DNA of 47,223 bases from a virus (IMGVR_UViG_3300032046_000047:1-47223), one strand, 5' to 3'; numbered from the stretch's first letter, positions 27,146 through 36,358 are shown. Numbers and translations are program-made. The notes: generated by a model not told the origin, from the letters alone.

Positions 27146-28257
27146 GCCTACGTTCCGCGTCCGTACTCATCGAGGCATGGAATGGGACCGCGTGGAGCAA
27201 CATAACCGGCTACTACGGCGGGACCTACAACGCCACGCCGAACGCCGCCTCACGGCTCGAACTCACTTTTCCGGCCAAGAGGGGCAAGAACCTGAACATC
27301 CTCAGGGAGGGACAGTTCATCCGGGCCAAGGTGGGCCTCTCAGGGCTCCCCATCTATCCAAGGTTCTACGGTTTTATCTCGAACCGCAAGGTCTCGATAG
27401 AGGCGGGCAAGAGCATGGTCTCGTTCGAGGCGCTCGACCTCTTGGGCGAAGCGATGCGGGAGTACATCCAATATTCTGAACTTGGTGATAGCATCGATGG
27501 GATGGACGCCGGGACGGCCATCAAGTACATCGTGGGCTCCATGTGGCCCAACGCCGTGGACTTGCCGTTCACCGCGCCCGACACGGACGGAATCATCGGG
27601 ATGAACCCGCTCAGGAACATCGTGACCGAGGACGGGTTCTACGCAACGACCTACAACACCAAGTTCGCGCTCATCCAACAACTCAATGAATTGTGCGTCA
27701 TCGAACAGTACCCCAAGACGCCGCTCCCCTTTTTCTTGTGGGTGGACGGCGAGGGCCGATTCCACCACCGGCCCGCGACGGACTTGGAGACCGGGACCTC
27801 ACGCCTCCGGGTCCAATACGCCAAGAACCTCGTGGGGACCACACACGCCACGAGGTCCGCCAAGCTCTTGACCGAGGCGGTCGTGACCGGGCAAAAGGAC
27901 CCGAACGACCCGGACGGGCTCCCGTTCATCGGCTCCCACTCGGAGGAGTCATGGGTTCGGATGGAGGGCCGGTGGGCGTCCAAGTTCGGCATCACTTGGG
28001 GAACGAGTGTAGACGATTGCCGGGACTACGCGATGCGAAAGGTGGCACTCTATCGTGAACTCTACGAGCCCATCACGGTCGAGTTGAGGGAGGCGTACTA
28101 CCTTGTATGCGGAGACCTCGTGGAACTCTACAACACCCTCATCGACAAGGTCGAGAGGATGAGGGTGATGGAGGTCGATATTGCGTTCCACCCCACGGAT
28201 TTCAAGGTCCGGCTCGTGCTCGGGGCCATGAACTACCTCCCAACCGATTACATTTGA
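27142..28257 (+). CDS. Baseplate hub / Tal-like tail protein
   Basis: RFYGFI...FEALDLL, WVDGEGRFHHRP, GDLVEL; last gene of the tail module. Confidence 0.7.
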   Translation: MSLRSASVLIEAWNGTAWSNITGYYGGTYNATPNAASRLELTFPAKRGKNLNILREGQFIRAKVGLSGLPIYPRFYGFISNRKVSIEAGKSMVSFEALDLLGEAMREYIQYSELGDSIDGMDAGTAIKYIVGSMWPNAVDLPFTAPDTDGIIGMNPLRNIVTEDGFYATTYNTKFALIQQLNELCVIEQYPKTPLPFFLWVDGEGRFHHRPATDLETGTSRLRVQYAKNLVGTTHATRSAKLLTEAVVTGQKDPNDPDGLPFIGSHSEESWVRMEGRWASKFGITWGTSVDDCRDYAMRKVALYRELYEPITVELREAYYLVCGDLVELYNTLIDKVERMRVMEVDIAFHPTDFKVRLVLGAMNYLPTDYI

Positions 28258-28394
28258 CGCCTTGCCATGACAACGCTTACGGGGCCCTACAAGGCTCGCG
28301 GGGGCCCGGACGCTCAACCACACCTTAAGATGGATTGAGGCCCGCCACGGCAAGCGGCGGCCCCAAGGCGCTTAAAAAAAGAGGATGCCGATGC

Positions 28395-28838
28395 TCACGC
28401 ATCGGCTCCCGTGTCTAAGGTCTTTTGCTTCTTGGCCTCGGCGTCCGCCTTTTTGATGTCCTCCTTGGTTGGGTGCTCCTTGGTCCAGTAGTCGAGGAGG
28501 CTCTTTTCGGCCACGAGCAAGGTCCCCATGATTGGGGTCCCCGGCGAGATGTCGGTCTTGGCCGCCAAGTGGGCCCCCGAGGGGAGCCCCATGGCCCGCT
28601 CCAAGTAGGCGATGCCGTCCGCGGTCAGGCCGTTGATGTTCACCACCACGGTCCCGAGCCGGGGCTCTCCCCGTGGACCGAGATTGGCGAACAGGGGGAC
28701 GCTCGCCTTGCCGTCCTTGTCGTGCCGGATGATGTCCCGACACTCGAACGCAAGGAGCAAGCCATCTTGTCCTTGCGGGGTCTCCTTAGGAGGAGCCGTG
28801 CCCTCCACCGTCCGTTGCTTGGTCTTTTTTGCCGTCAT
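28395..28838 (-). CDS. Hypothetical protein
   Basis: GAGG RBS; T-run terminator-like tract downstream at 28374-28380. Confidence 0.65.
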   Translation of the reverse strand: MTAKKTKQRTVEGTAPPKETPQGQDGLLLAFECRDIIRHDKDGKASVPLFANLGPRGEPRLGTVVVNINGLTADGIAYLERAMGLPSGAHLAAKTDISPGTPIMGTLLVAEKSLLDYWTKEHPTKEDIKKADAEAKKQKTLDTGADA

Positions 28839-28850
28839 GTTGTCCTCTCT

Positions 28851-28921
28851 CGGGGGAGGGTGGAGTCGAACCACCACCGCGGGATTCAAAGTCCCGTGTG
28901 CTACCTCTACACCACACCCCC
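28851..28921 (-). tRNA. tRNA-Gln(UUG), no encoded CCA
   Basis: Cloverleaf GGGGGTG/CTCCCCC acceptor (one U-U), GTGT/GCAC D stem, CGGGA-CTTTGAA-TCCCG anticodon arm, GGTGG-TTCGACT-CCACC T arm. Confidence 0.9.
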
Positions 28922-29033
28922 AAATTGATACGGGGGGAGGTAGGAGCGGGAGCATGGGTTAACATGAACCCGCCGGGGCCTCACGGACACCCGGCCCTCC
29001 CCGAGGTCCCCGTCTTGGGGACGAGGACTTGAA

Positions 29034-29486
29034 CTACGGTGCGCGCATCAGGATGGCGGCCACGAGCCGCTCGTAGGTCTCCACCACGCTCTTGAGCGCC
29101 TCACCGTGGACCACGAGGTCCCCCTTGTCCCCCTGAGCCGACAAGACCCCACGGATGGGGGCGAGCGTCACGTCCGCCTCCTCGGCGAGCTTGTTGACGC
29201 CCTCGAACCACTTGTTGGCCCGGTCAAGCTTGGACTCCTTGTCGTCCACGTCCGCCATGGCCTCCTTGAGGAGTTCGGTGGCCTCGTGGAGCTTGTCCTC
29301 GTACACGGCCTTGGTCCGGTCCCTCATGCCCACCAACTGACGGGCTATCTCAAGCTCCATCGGGTTGGGCATGAACACCGCCACGAGGTGGCTCGCAAGC
29401 TTGCCGGGGTCATCCTCGACATCGTGGAACTCTTGCATGGTCCTGAGGTCATTTATCATCCGTTTACGCTCGTCCATCGTCGTCAC
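29034..29486 (-). CDS. Hypothetical coiled-coil protein
   Basis: ORF with genome-typical codon usage. Confidence 0.65.
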   Translation of the reverse strand: MTTMDERKRMINDLRTMQEFHDVEDDPGKLASHLVAVFMPNPMELEIARQLVGMRDRTKAVYEDKLHEATELLKEAMADVDDKESKLDRANKWFEGVNKLAEEADVTLAPIRGVLSAQGDKGDLVVHGEALKSVVETYERLVAAILMRAP

Positions 29487-29552
29487 ATCCGGTCCCGCTC
29501 GGGGACCATAAAAGGTCCCCCGAGGCCGCGAGCCTCAGGGGCACGAACCGGA

Positions 29553-29759
29553 TTACACTTGTGGCTCGGGGAACTCCTTGCGGAGCGCCTTGTCGATGTT
29601 GGACATCGTAACGGCCATGGTCTCGGGGGTCAACCCGAAGGTGTCCTTAAACCTGACCTTGACGGTCCATCCGTACCCGCCCTTGACGCCCTTGGTAATC
29701 TCGATGGAGTGCGGGAACAGTTCGACCAACTTGCTTATCTCGTGTTCATCTCCCATCAT
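29553..29759 (-). CDS. Hypothetical protein
   Basis: GGAGGTG RBS. Confidence 0.65.
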   Translation of the reverse strand: MMGDEHEISKLVELFPHSIEITKGVKGGYGWTVKVRFKDTFGLTPETMAVTMSNIDKALRKEFPEPQV

Positions 29760-29859
29760 TCACCTCCCCGAGGGACAACCTCGATTTCATCCTTGGTCCC
29801 CACGAACCGGGACGGGGCCGGAGGCTCGGTCTTGACGGGTGAGACCTCGTTGGCCATGC

Positions 29860-30483
29860 TCATCCTCCCAAGTCCACGCCCTGAGCGTTCTCGATGGCGG
29901 CCTCGACCTCACCCTTGCGCTCCTTCTCGGCCTCCTCGCGGGCCTCCTCGACCATCTCCTCGTGGCGCGCCTTGATGCGGTCCCCACGCTCCGCCCCGTC
30001 CATGTCCTTGAGTTCGTCCCCGAGGTCCCCAATGACCTCCTCCTCGGTGGGCGTCTCGACCTCAAGCTCCCCGAGTTCCTCCAAGGTGCTCTTGGCGTCC
30101 TCAAGGTCCGAGATGGCGCTCTCCAAGGTGTCCGCCCGCTCTTGGAGCATCTCGCCCACCTCGCCGTCTTGGAGGCCCTCGGGCATATTGTCGTGGGAGT
30201 TCTCGGCCTCCTCCTTGAGGTTCTCCAAGTCCCCGATGACCTCCTCGATGATGGCGATGTTGTCCGCGACGGATTGCTCGGCGTCGAGGTCCCCGAGCCG
30301 CTCGCCCGCCGCCAAGACCCCCGAGATGTGGGACGATTGGGTCAACTGAGACGCCTTGGGTGCGGTCTTGGAGCGGTGCTTGCCCCCGAACCGGAACGCC
30401 CACCAATAGTAGGGCTCGCCTTTCTTGATGCCCTCGTTCGGGTAGTCCTTGGCCGCCGCCTTGACGTAGATGATGGTGGCCAT
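29860..30483 (-). CDS. Hypothetical, very acidic helical protein
   Basis: Stop-start adjacent to the upstream gene. Confidence 0.75.
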   Translation of the reverse strand: MATIIYVKAAAKDYPNEGIKKGEPYYWWAFRFGGKHRSKTAPKASQLTQSSHISGVLAAGERLGDLDAEQSVADNIAIIEEVIGDLENLKEEAENSHDNMPEGLQDGEVGEMLQERADTLESAISDLEDAKSTLEELGELEVETPTEEEVIGDLGDELKDMDGAERGDRIKARHEEMVEEAREEAEKERKGEVEAAIENAQGVDLGG

Positions 30484-31452
30484 CTACGCGCCCTCCTCGG
30501 CGTCGTCGTCGTCCTCGTCCTCGTCGTCCTCGTCCGGGCCGGTCAGGTCCGAGAGGTCGAGCTTGGCCACCTTGGCCTTGACCGCCTTGGCATACTTGAC
30601 GCGCTCCTTTTCCTCGCGCTCCTCAAGCTCGCCGTAGAGGTCCTCGTCGAACTCGGCGTCGATGGCCTCCTCGCACATCGTGGCGAGGAGCTTGGGGTCA
30701 ATGGCGTCGAGTTCCACGGCCTCCTCGCCGGTCCACGAGTTGGTCCGGCTATCCGTGTCCTTGGGCGGGACGCCGGGGAGCCCCAACTCCTCTATCTGCG
30801 CGGGGAGCAAGGCGAGGCGCTTGACCTCGACGCTCGCCCCGAGCCGCCCGAGGCTCTCTTGCACGTTGCGCGGGATGTCCTCGCCGCTCGGGTCATAGTC
30901 CCCGAAATAGAGGATGATGACCTCCTTGGACCTCATATTGGGCCGCCTGAGCCGGTCCGCCGCCTCGGCCAAGAACGTGATGGACGGATAGCCCTTGCAC
31001 GGGGCGAGCCCGACATTGCGGCGGGAGCACGGGCGCTCGAACACGCCTTGGAGCGCCTTTTTCTCAATCCAGACCTCGATGTACTTGGGTTGGTTGGACC
31101 ACCTGTTCAGGGAATACGCGGACATCCACGCCTTGACCTGATTGAACCCCTGCGCTATCTCGGCGTCGAGGTCCTTCTCCTCCCAATCGGTCTCGCCCAC
31201 GAGGCCCCGCTCCCTGTCGATGAACGAGGACTTTTTCATCTTGCCGGACCACCGGGCGTCCGAGGTGGCGTCCACGACGCGCTTGTAGAACCTGACGCCG
31301 TTGGGGAGCCCGATGGTCACGAGCCGGTAGTACAGTTGCCTGACGGTGATGGGCGTCCCGATGTACTCTTGGAGTATCTCGTTCGCCTTGGAGACAATCC
31401 AATCCCGCCCCCACTTGTCCCTCTTGTTGCTCTCGATGATTTTCGTTGCCAT
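30484..31452 (-). CDS. Spo11/TopoVI-A-like (Toprim, JetD/DUF2399-like) protein
   Basis: TVRQLYYRL, EVWIEK, YFGDYDPSG. Confidence 0.8.
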   Translation of the reverse strand: MATKIIESNKRDKWGRDWIVSKANEILQEYIGTPITVRQLYYRLVTIGLPNGVRFYKRVVDATSDARWSGKMKKSSFIDRERGLVGETDWEEKDLDAEIAQGFNQVKAWMSAYSLNRWSNQPKYIEVWIEKKALQGVFERPCSRRNVGLAPCKGYPSITFLAEAADRLRRPNMRSKEVIILYFGDYDPSGEDIPRNVQESLGRLGASVEVKRLALLPAQIEELGLPGVPPKDTDSRTNSWTGEEAVELDAIDPKLLATMCEEAIDAEFDEDLYGELEEREEKERVKYAKAVKAKVAKLDLSDLTGPDEDDEDEDDDDAEEGA

Positions 31453-31560
31453 GCTTTTTCCTCCTTGGTGCACCGCACGAGTAACGGTAGGCGTTGTAAC
31501 TATATATAGTTCCCGTGATGGTTTTAAATACCCAAAACAAGTGACTTGACCGGCCCGCCC
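31446..31560 (-). promoter_or_regulatory. ~115-bp duplicated promoter/leader, copy 1
   Basis: Near-identical to 35704-35818; TTTAAA, palindrome AACTATATATAGTT, RBS GGAGGAAAAAGC. Confidence 0.8.
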
Positions 31561-32043
31561 CTACTTTTTGGGGGCGGGCTTGGGTTGGGCATCGGTGCTC
31601 TTGAAAATCTTGGGTCCTCCGAGGGCGGCCTCGACGGCGGCGAGTTCGGCATCACTCGCCACGGGCGCGGGGCCGCCCTTGGGGAGCTTGCTCGGGTCGA
31701 GCACCTCGGGGGCGGGGCCCTCGACCATCTCCCCGCCTTGCGAGCCCGTGCCCTGGGTGTCCATGGGCGCTCCCGCCACCGCTCCCGCCTTGACCGGATT
31801 TGGGGCCCTGAGGACCTCGACCGCGGGCGCGATGTCTTGGAGCACCTCACCGCCCACTTGGCGGCCCGTCACGGGCCCGAACGGGACATCGGCCACCACC
31901 CGGCGCTTGGTTGGGTTGAGGACCGCCTTGAGCCTCGCAAGGTGCTCAGGACACGCGTAGATGGCGATGACGGCGCTCTCGAACTCGACCTCCTTGACCT
32001 CCCCGAACTGTCGGGCTCGGTCGCACTCGACGCACGGGCTCAT
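31561..32043 (-). CDS. Hypothetical protein with N-terminal CxxC/CxxH
   Basis: ATGA coupling. Confidence 0.65.
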   Translation of the reverse strand: MSPCVECDRARQFGEVKEVEFESAVIAIYACPEHLARLKAVLNPTKRRVVADVPFGPVTGRQVGGEVLQDIAPAVEVLRAPNPVKAGAVAGAPMDTQGTGSQGGEMVEGPAPEVLDPSKLPKGGPAPVASDAELAAVEAALGGPKIFKSTDAQPKPAPKK

Positions 32044-32684
32044 TGGTCTCCCTCCTTGCGCTCGGAATCTCTTTTGGGGTGAGGATGCTCACCGGCATCC
32101 GCGAGGTCCCCATCGAGTTCGTCCGGGCTCTCGGTCTTGGGGTCGAGTTCGAGGCCCTTGAACCCGCCATCGGGCTTGGGGTGCATGGCGTGTTCGGTGG
32201 CCTTGTCCCTGAGGGCGATGTCCTCGGCGTCGAGCGGGAATCCCTCCATGTCCTCCTCGGGCTCGGGCTCCTCGGGCATGAACAACTCGGGCGGCGGGAC
32301 CCATCCGCAATTCCCGCATGGCGAGGTGATTGGGCGGGGACCGACAACGCCACCAACCAACTCATTCATCGGGAAATTGCATCCACACTCGGGGCAAAGT
32401 CCCGTCTTGAGCCTCCTCGTTGACTGTTCGGCGCGCTCCGCGGCAAGTTTCTCCTTGTACTCCTTGACGAGCCGCTCCTCGAACGCCTTGACCCGTCCGT
32501 GGATGGTCTCGGTCATGGCGTCGATGAGGCGCTCCCTCGTGTTCTTGATGTCGGTCTCGCGGGCGAGGTGGACCTCGTCGAGCACCACCTCGTAGTTCTC
32601 GTACTCGGCGGTCTTGACGACCCGCCGCACCTTGACGGTCAAAAGCACTTGCCCCTCGTGGATTACCCTGTCGTCCTTGCTCAT
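32040..32684 (-). CDS. Hypothetical Zn-ribbon protein with acidic tail
   Basis: CPECG...CGNCG. Confidence 0.7.
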   Translation of the reverse strand: MSKDDRVIHEGQVLLTVKVRRVVKTAEYENYEVVLDEVHLARETDIKNTRERLIDAMTETIHGRVKAFEERLVKEYKEKLAAERAEQSTRRLKTGLCPECGCNFPMNELVGGVVGPRPITSPCGNCGWVPPPELFMPEEPEPEEDMEGFPLDAEDIALRDKATEHAMHPKPDGGFKGLELDPKTESPDELDGDLADAGEHPHPKRDSERKEGDQ

Positions 32685-32735
32685 GAGTTCACCAACTCGA
32701 TATAGTTGGCGGGGTGTAATAAATCAATCGGGGAC

Positions 32736-32776
32736 AAAAAAAGACCCTCCCCGGCCCGCTCAGGACCGGGGACGGG
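32736..32776 (-). terminator. Hairpin + T7 terminator after the AAA operon
   Basis: On minus: CCCCGGTCC-loop-GGGCCGGGG then TTTTTTT. Confidence 0.7.
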
Positions 32777-32790
32777 TTGGAGGAAAAAGC

Positions 32791-34299
32791 CTAATATTCT
32801 ATCGGGCGGGACGCCTTGGCCCCCTCGACCATGGGCTCGTTGGCCGGGATGGCGTTGTTGGTCCCCCACTCCCTGAGCTTGTCGAGGTCCGCCTTGCGGG
32901 ATTCGGACAGGGGCTTGACGCCCACGGTCTCGCGGACGATGTCGTTCGTCGTGACCTCTCTCGGGTCCTCGGGGTTCTCGGCCATGACCGTGTAGAGGGT
33001 CTCGGCCACGAGCTTTTCTATCTCGCGCCCCGAGTATCCCGCGGTCACGGACGCCAACACATCGAGGTCGAACTTGGTGGGGTCCCGCTTGACCTTGGCG
33101 ATGTGGATGGCGAGTATCTCCTTGCGCTCCTTGGTGTTCGGGAGGTTCACCCAAAAGGTGGCATCGAACCTGGAAAACAACTCGGGCGGGAGGGAGAGCA
33201 CGTTGTTGGCGGTCATCACGACGAGGACCTTGTCCGCTCCCGCGGGCCGCTCTTGCATCCATGTCAGGAACATCCCGGCGAGCTTGGCGGTCACATCGGA
33301 CGAGGACGGCCCGGTCACACCGGCGAAAAACTTCTCGGCCTCGTCGATGAACAGAACGCACGGGGCGTTCGCCGCCACGACCTTGAGCGCGCTCGCGAGT
33401 TGGTTCTCGGACTGGCCCACGAACTGCCCGAATATCCGCGACGCCTCCAACCACGCGAGGGGATAGCCGAGGAACGACGCCATGGCCTTGGCCGTGAGGG
33501 TCTTGCCCGTGCCCGGTGGGCCCGCCAAGAACACTCCCTTGGGCGGCCTGACGCCGAACGCCTGAGCCCGTGGCGTGAACGCGAGGGCCCGCTTGGTGAT
33601 GTACGCCTTGAGCCGGTCGAGGCCGCCCACGCTCGCCATGGTCTCCATGGATTGGTAAAATTGGAGCACACCGCTCGCCCGGATGGCCGCCTCCTTTTCC
33701 TTGACCAGTTCGGTCAGGTTAAGCGCCTTGTGGGCCACGATGGACCGCGCCACGACGTTCTCGGCCTGAGCCTCGGTGAGCCCTTGGAGATTTTCGAGGG
33801 CCTTGTAGAACGCACCGTTCTCGGGGACCGGGATGGCCGCGGACCTCATGAGGTCCTCGACGATGGGCCGTATCTCGTCCTTGGTAGGGAGCGGAACATC
33901 GAGGAACGAGATGAGGGTGTCAAGCTCGGGGACGGTCTTGGTCTCGGGACTCACGATGAGGACCGTGCACTTGCTCGCCTTGAGGGGCACGTAAAGGTCC
34001 TTGAGGCCACGGTAGACGCTCGTGTCCCGGTTTAGGGCTGTGTGTAGGTCGAGGAACACGAACAAGACCTTGCCGCCCTTGGTGGCCTCCTCCCGCACGA
34101 GCTTGAACGCCTCGACGGGGATGGCGGTCACGGGGTCTTGACCGGCGAGCCCGGTCGTGGCGCTCCACGCCATGACCGTCTTGCCCTGTTCCTTGGCGAT
34201 GTCCTTGACGATGCGTAGGACCCGGCCCTCCTCGGTCGTCCTGAGCCACACGAACGGATAGCGGGCCCGGATGAGGGTCGAGAGTTCGTCCTTGAACAT
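32791..34299 (-). CDS. Ycf46-like AAA+ ATPase
   Basis: IRARYP..W..T.EEGR N-terminus; VGGLDRLK, GPPGTGKT, LFIDEAEK, TANN...PPE..RFD. Confidence 0.85.
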   Translation of the reverse strand: MFKDELSTLIRARYPFVWLRTTEEGRVLRIVKDIAKEQGKTVMAWSATTGLAGQDPVTAIPVEAFKLVREEATKGGKVLFVFLDLHTALNRDTSVYRGLKDLYVPLKASKCTVLIVSPETKTVPELDTLISFLDVPLPTKDEIRPIVEDLMRSAAIPVPENGAFYKALENLQGLTEAQAENVVARSIVAHKALNLTELVKEKEAAIRASGVLQFYQSMETMASVGGLDRLKAYITKRALAFTPRAQAFGVRPPKGVFLAGPPGTGKTLTAKAMASFLGYPLAWLEASRIFGQFVGQSENQLASALKVVAANAPCVLFIDEAEKFFAGVTGPSSSDVTAKLAGMFLTWMQERPAGADKVLVVMTANNVLSLPPELFSRFDATFWVNLPNTKERKEILAIHIAKVKRDPTKFDLDVLASVTAGYSGREIEKLVAETLYTVMAENPEDPREVTTNDIVRETVGVKPLSESRKADLDKLREWGTNNAIPANEPMVEGAKASRPIEY

Positions 34300-34602
34300 C
34301 TACGCTCCCCCCTTGGTGTAGTGGCGGACCCCGTCCTCGTGCTCGTGGTGGAACGCGTTGGCGTTCTCGCACCCGTCTATCTCGGCCACGAGGTGGGCGT
34401 AGTAGGCCGCCGTGATGCGGCCCTCCTTGAGGAGGGTCTTGGCGGCCACCTTGGCCATCGCCCGCTCCTCCTCGGCCCCCATGGTGAGTGTGTAGTTCTT
34501 GACCTTGAGGAGCTTGGCCGTCCGCTCGGCGGCGGCCACCCGCCGCCGCCGCTCGTTCTCGACCTCGACGGCCAAGACCGCGTCCTTGAGGTAGCACGGC
34601 AA
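34300..34602 (-). CDS. Hypothetical protein (AAA operon)
   Basis: GGAGG + TTG start; stop abuts the AAA start. Confidence 0.6.
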   Translation of the reverse strand: MPCYLKDAVLAVEVENERRRRVAAAERTAKLLKVKNYTLTMGAEEERAMAKVAAKTLLKEGRITAAYYAHLVAEIDGCENANAFHHEHEDGVRHYTKGGA

Positions 34603-34607
34603 GAGTA

Positions 34608-35285
34608 TCAGACCTCCAAGAACGCCCCGCGGGTCCTGAGGTCGTCTATCTCCTTGCCGAGGTCCTCCATGACCGGGCCCACGATGTCGTTGGCGATTTG
34701 GTACTTGATGTTTATGAGGGTCCGGTTGATGTCCGGGTCGTCGATAATGTTCCAGCCCTTGAGCCGGTCGCACAACTCGACGAGCGCCGTCCTCGACCGG
34801 GAGTTCATCTTGACCGTGTTGGGGAGCGCCCTGAGCCGCTCGAACAACTCGGTGTAGATGCGCCCGCGGATGGCGTCGTTGATTTGGCGGTAGACCTCGC
34901 CCTTGGCCGCCGCGTCCACGCTCAACGGGACGAACCGCACGGTGGCCCCGAGGGACGGGTGGACCGCCTTGAGTTCTTTGTCCGCCGCCTCCATGGTCTC
35001 CATGATGTCCCTCATGTCCGCCGCCTTGGCGAACGAGAGCCCGTAGATGCACACGCACTTTGACCGGACCGCGGGGTAGTATTCCTTGCGGACGCTCTCG
35101 ATGAGCTTTCGCATCTCCTCGCCCCACTCCATGGTCACGCGCTTATGGGTGTCGTCAATCTTTTCGGTGTCTGCTATCTTGTTCGGGCTCGACATGAGCG
35201 GGAGCACCAAAAAGATGGTCCTCGCGTCCGTGCCCTCGTCCGTCGATGCCTGAGCCGTTCCGATTTCCGTCTTGTTCTCATCCAT
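34608..35285 (-). CDS. Hypothetical protein (AAA operon)
   Basis: GGAGGAAAAAGC RBS. Confidence 0.75.
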   Translation of the reverse strand: MDENKTEIGTAQASTDEGTDARTIFLVLPLMSSPNKIADTEKIDDTHKRVTMEWGEEMRKLIESVRKEYYPAVRSKCVCIYGLSFAKAADMRDIMETMEAADKELKAVHPSLGATVRFVPLSVDAAAKGEVYRQINDAIRGRIYTELFERLRALPNTVKMNSRSRTALVELCDRLKGWNIIDDPDINRTLINIKYQIANDIVGPVMEDLGKEIDDLRTRGAFLEV

Positions 35286-35360
35286 GCTTTTTCCTCCAAT
35301 AGTTCCCACGAGGCCCGACGGGCCTCAGGGGCGATAAAGCCCCAAGGGGAGTTGAACCCC

Positions 35361-35546
35361 TTACTCGTTGGTGTCCTCCCGCACGGCGAGACGGGCGCTC
35401 TCGGCCCGCCACCGCCGCTCCTCGTCCTTGCCGCTCATGTGGGTGATTGGGTCCCGGCGCTCGGGGGTCTCGGGAGCGTAGATGATGCCATCCCACACCC
35501 GCGCCTTGGCCCGCTCGGCCCTGATGTGCTCCTCGTACCGGCCCAC
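35361..35546 (-). CDS. Hypothetical protein
   Basis: Coupled to the upstream ORF. Confidence 0.55.
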   Translation of the reverse strand: MGRYEEHIRAERAKARVWDGIIYAPETPERRDPITHMSGKDEERRWRAESARLAVREDTNE

Positions 35547-35710
35547 TACGCCACCACCTTGACGAGCCTGAACGTGCTCGACGGGCTATCGGACTTGATG
35601 ACCTCGAAAATGGTCTTTGCCTGTTCCTCGCTCTCGAAAATCCGAGAGTCGTAGACCCTCCAATGCCTGATAGGCCGCCTGACCGCCACTTGTATCTCGT
35701 AGTTTGCCAT
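35546..35710 (-). CDS. Hypothetical protein
   Basis: First gene after the duplicated promoter/RBS. Confidence 0.7.
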   Translation of the reverse strand: MANYEIQVAVRRPIRHWRVYDSRIFESEEQAKTIFEVIKSDSPSSTFRLVKVVA

Positions 35711-35818
35711 GCTTTTTCCTCCTTGGTGCACCGCACGAGTAACGGTAGGCGTTGTAACTATATATAGTTCCCGTGATGGCTTTAAATACCAAAGATAAGT
35801 GACCTGACAGGCCCGCCC
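35704..35818 (-). promoter_or_regulatory. ~115-bp duplicated promoter/leader, copy 2
   Basis: Near-identical to 31446-31560. Confidence 0.8.
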
Positions 35819-35871
35819 CGCCGGGGGCCTGTCGAGGTAACTATATTAGGTCCCCGCTCCCATGCACACTC

Positions 35872-36093
35872 ATGGGCGTCACGGTGGCCTCATGTCTGGT
35901 CTGTCGAGGGCGAGGGACACTCTACTATCGTCAAGGAGTCCGGCTCCCATGCATGACGTGTTTTGGACGGGCCATGATGGCGATTGACCTCACGGTCTCG
36001 GACAGGGAACGACGGCTCGCCGGTGAACAGGTCATCGCGGACGCCGAGACGCTCAAGGACCGAATCGTGAGGAGGTCTCAGTATGGCGGATAG
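35872..36093 (+). CDS. Small Zn-finger protein (CxxCxGxG)
   Basis: CLVCRGRG..CMTCFG; TATA-like sequence upstream. Confidence 0.6.
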   Translation: MGVTVASCLVCRGRGTLYYRQGVRLPCMTCFGRAMMAIDLTVSDRERRLAGEQVIADAETLKDRIVRRSQYGG

Positions 36094-36358
36094 AACTCTC
36101 TCATGTGTGTGGTGCAAGACGGTCAACAAGACGGACGCCCCTCGGTGCAAGGGATGTCATCGGCGCATTTGGAAACGTAAGCTCATCAAGTTCCGTTGTA
36201 CCCGGTGCAAGGAACGGTGGACCTCGTATCTCTTGGACCCGCCCGAGGTGTGTCCGAGGTGCGGCTCGCCGTTTTGGAATCACCCGAGGCTCTCCCGTCG
36301 AGAGCGGTCAAGGCGCATCCGAGCGGGGCTCGCCCGTAGGGCGGACAACAAACTTTAG
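36083..36358 (+). CDS. Double Zn-ribbon basic protein
   Basis: Four CxxC pairs; GGAGG RBS. Confidence 0.7.
   Translation: MADRTLSCVWCKTVNKTDAPRCKGCHRRIWKRKLIKFRCTRCKERWTSYLLDPPEVCPRCGSPFWNHPRLSRRERSRRIRAGLARRADNKL

Noticed and set aside
28851-28921. tRNA as an attP integration site
   Set aside because: No integrase recognised in the genome
29839-31509. Long + strand ORF (556 aa) and similar antisense ORFs (1755-3134, 3144-4694, 32614-34035, 40717-41739)
   Set aside because: Shadow frames of real genes in GC-rich DNA; no motifs or RBS
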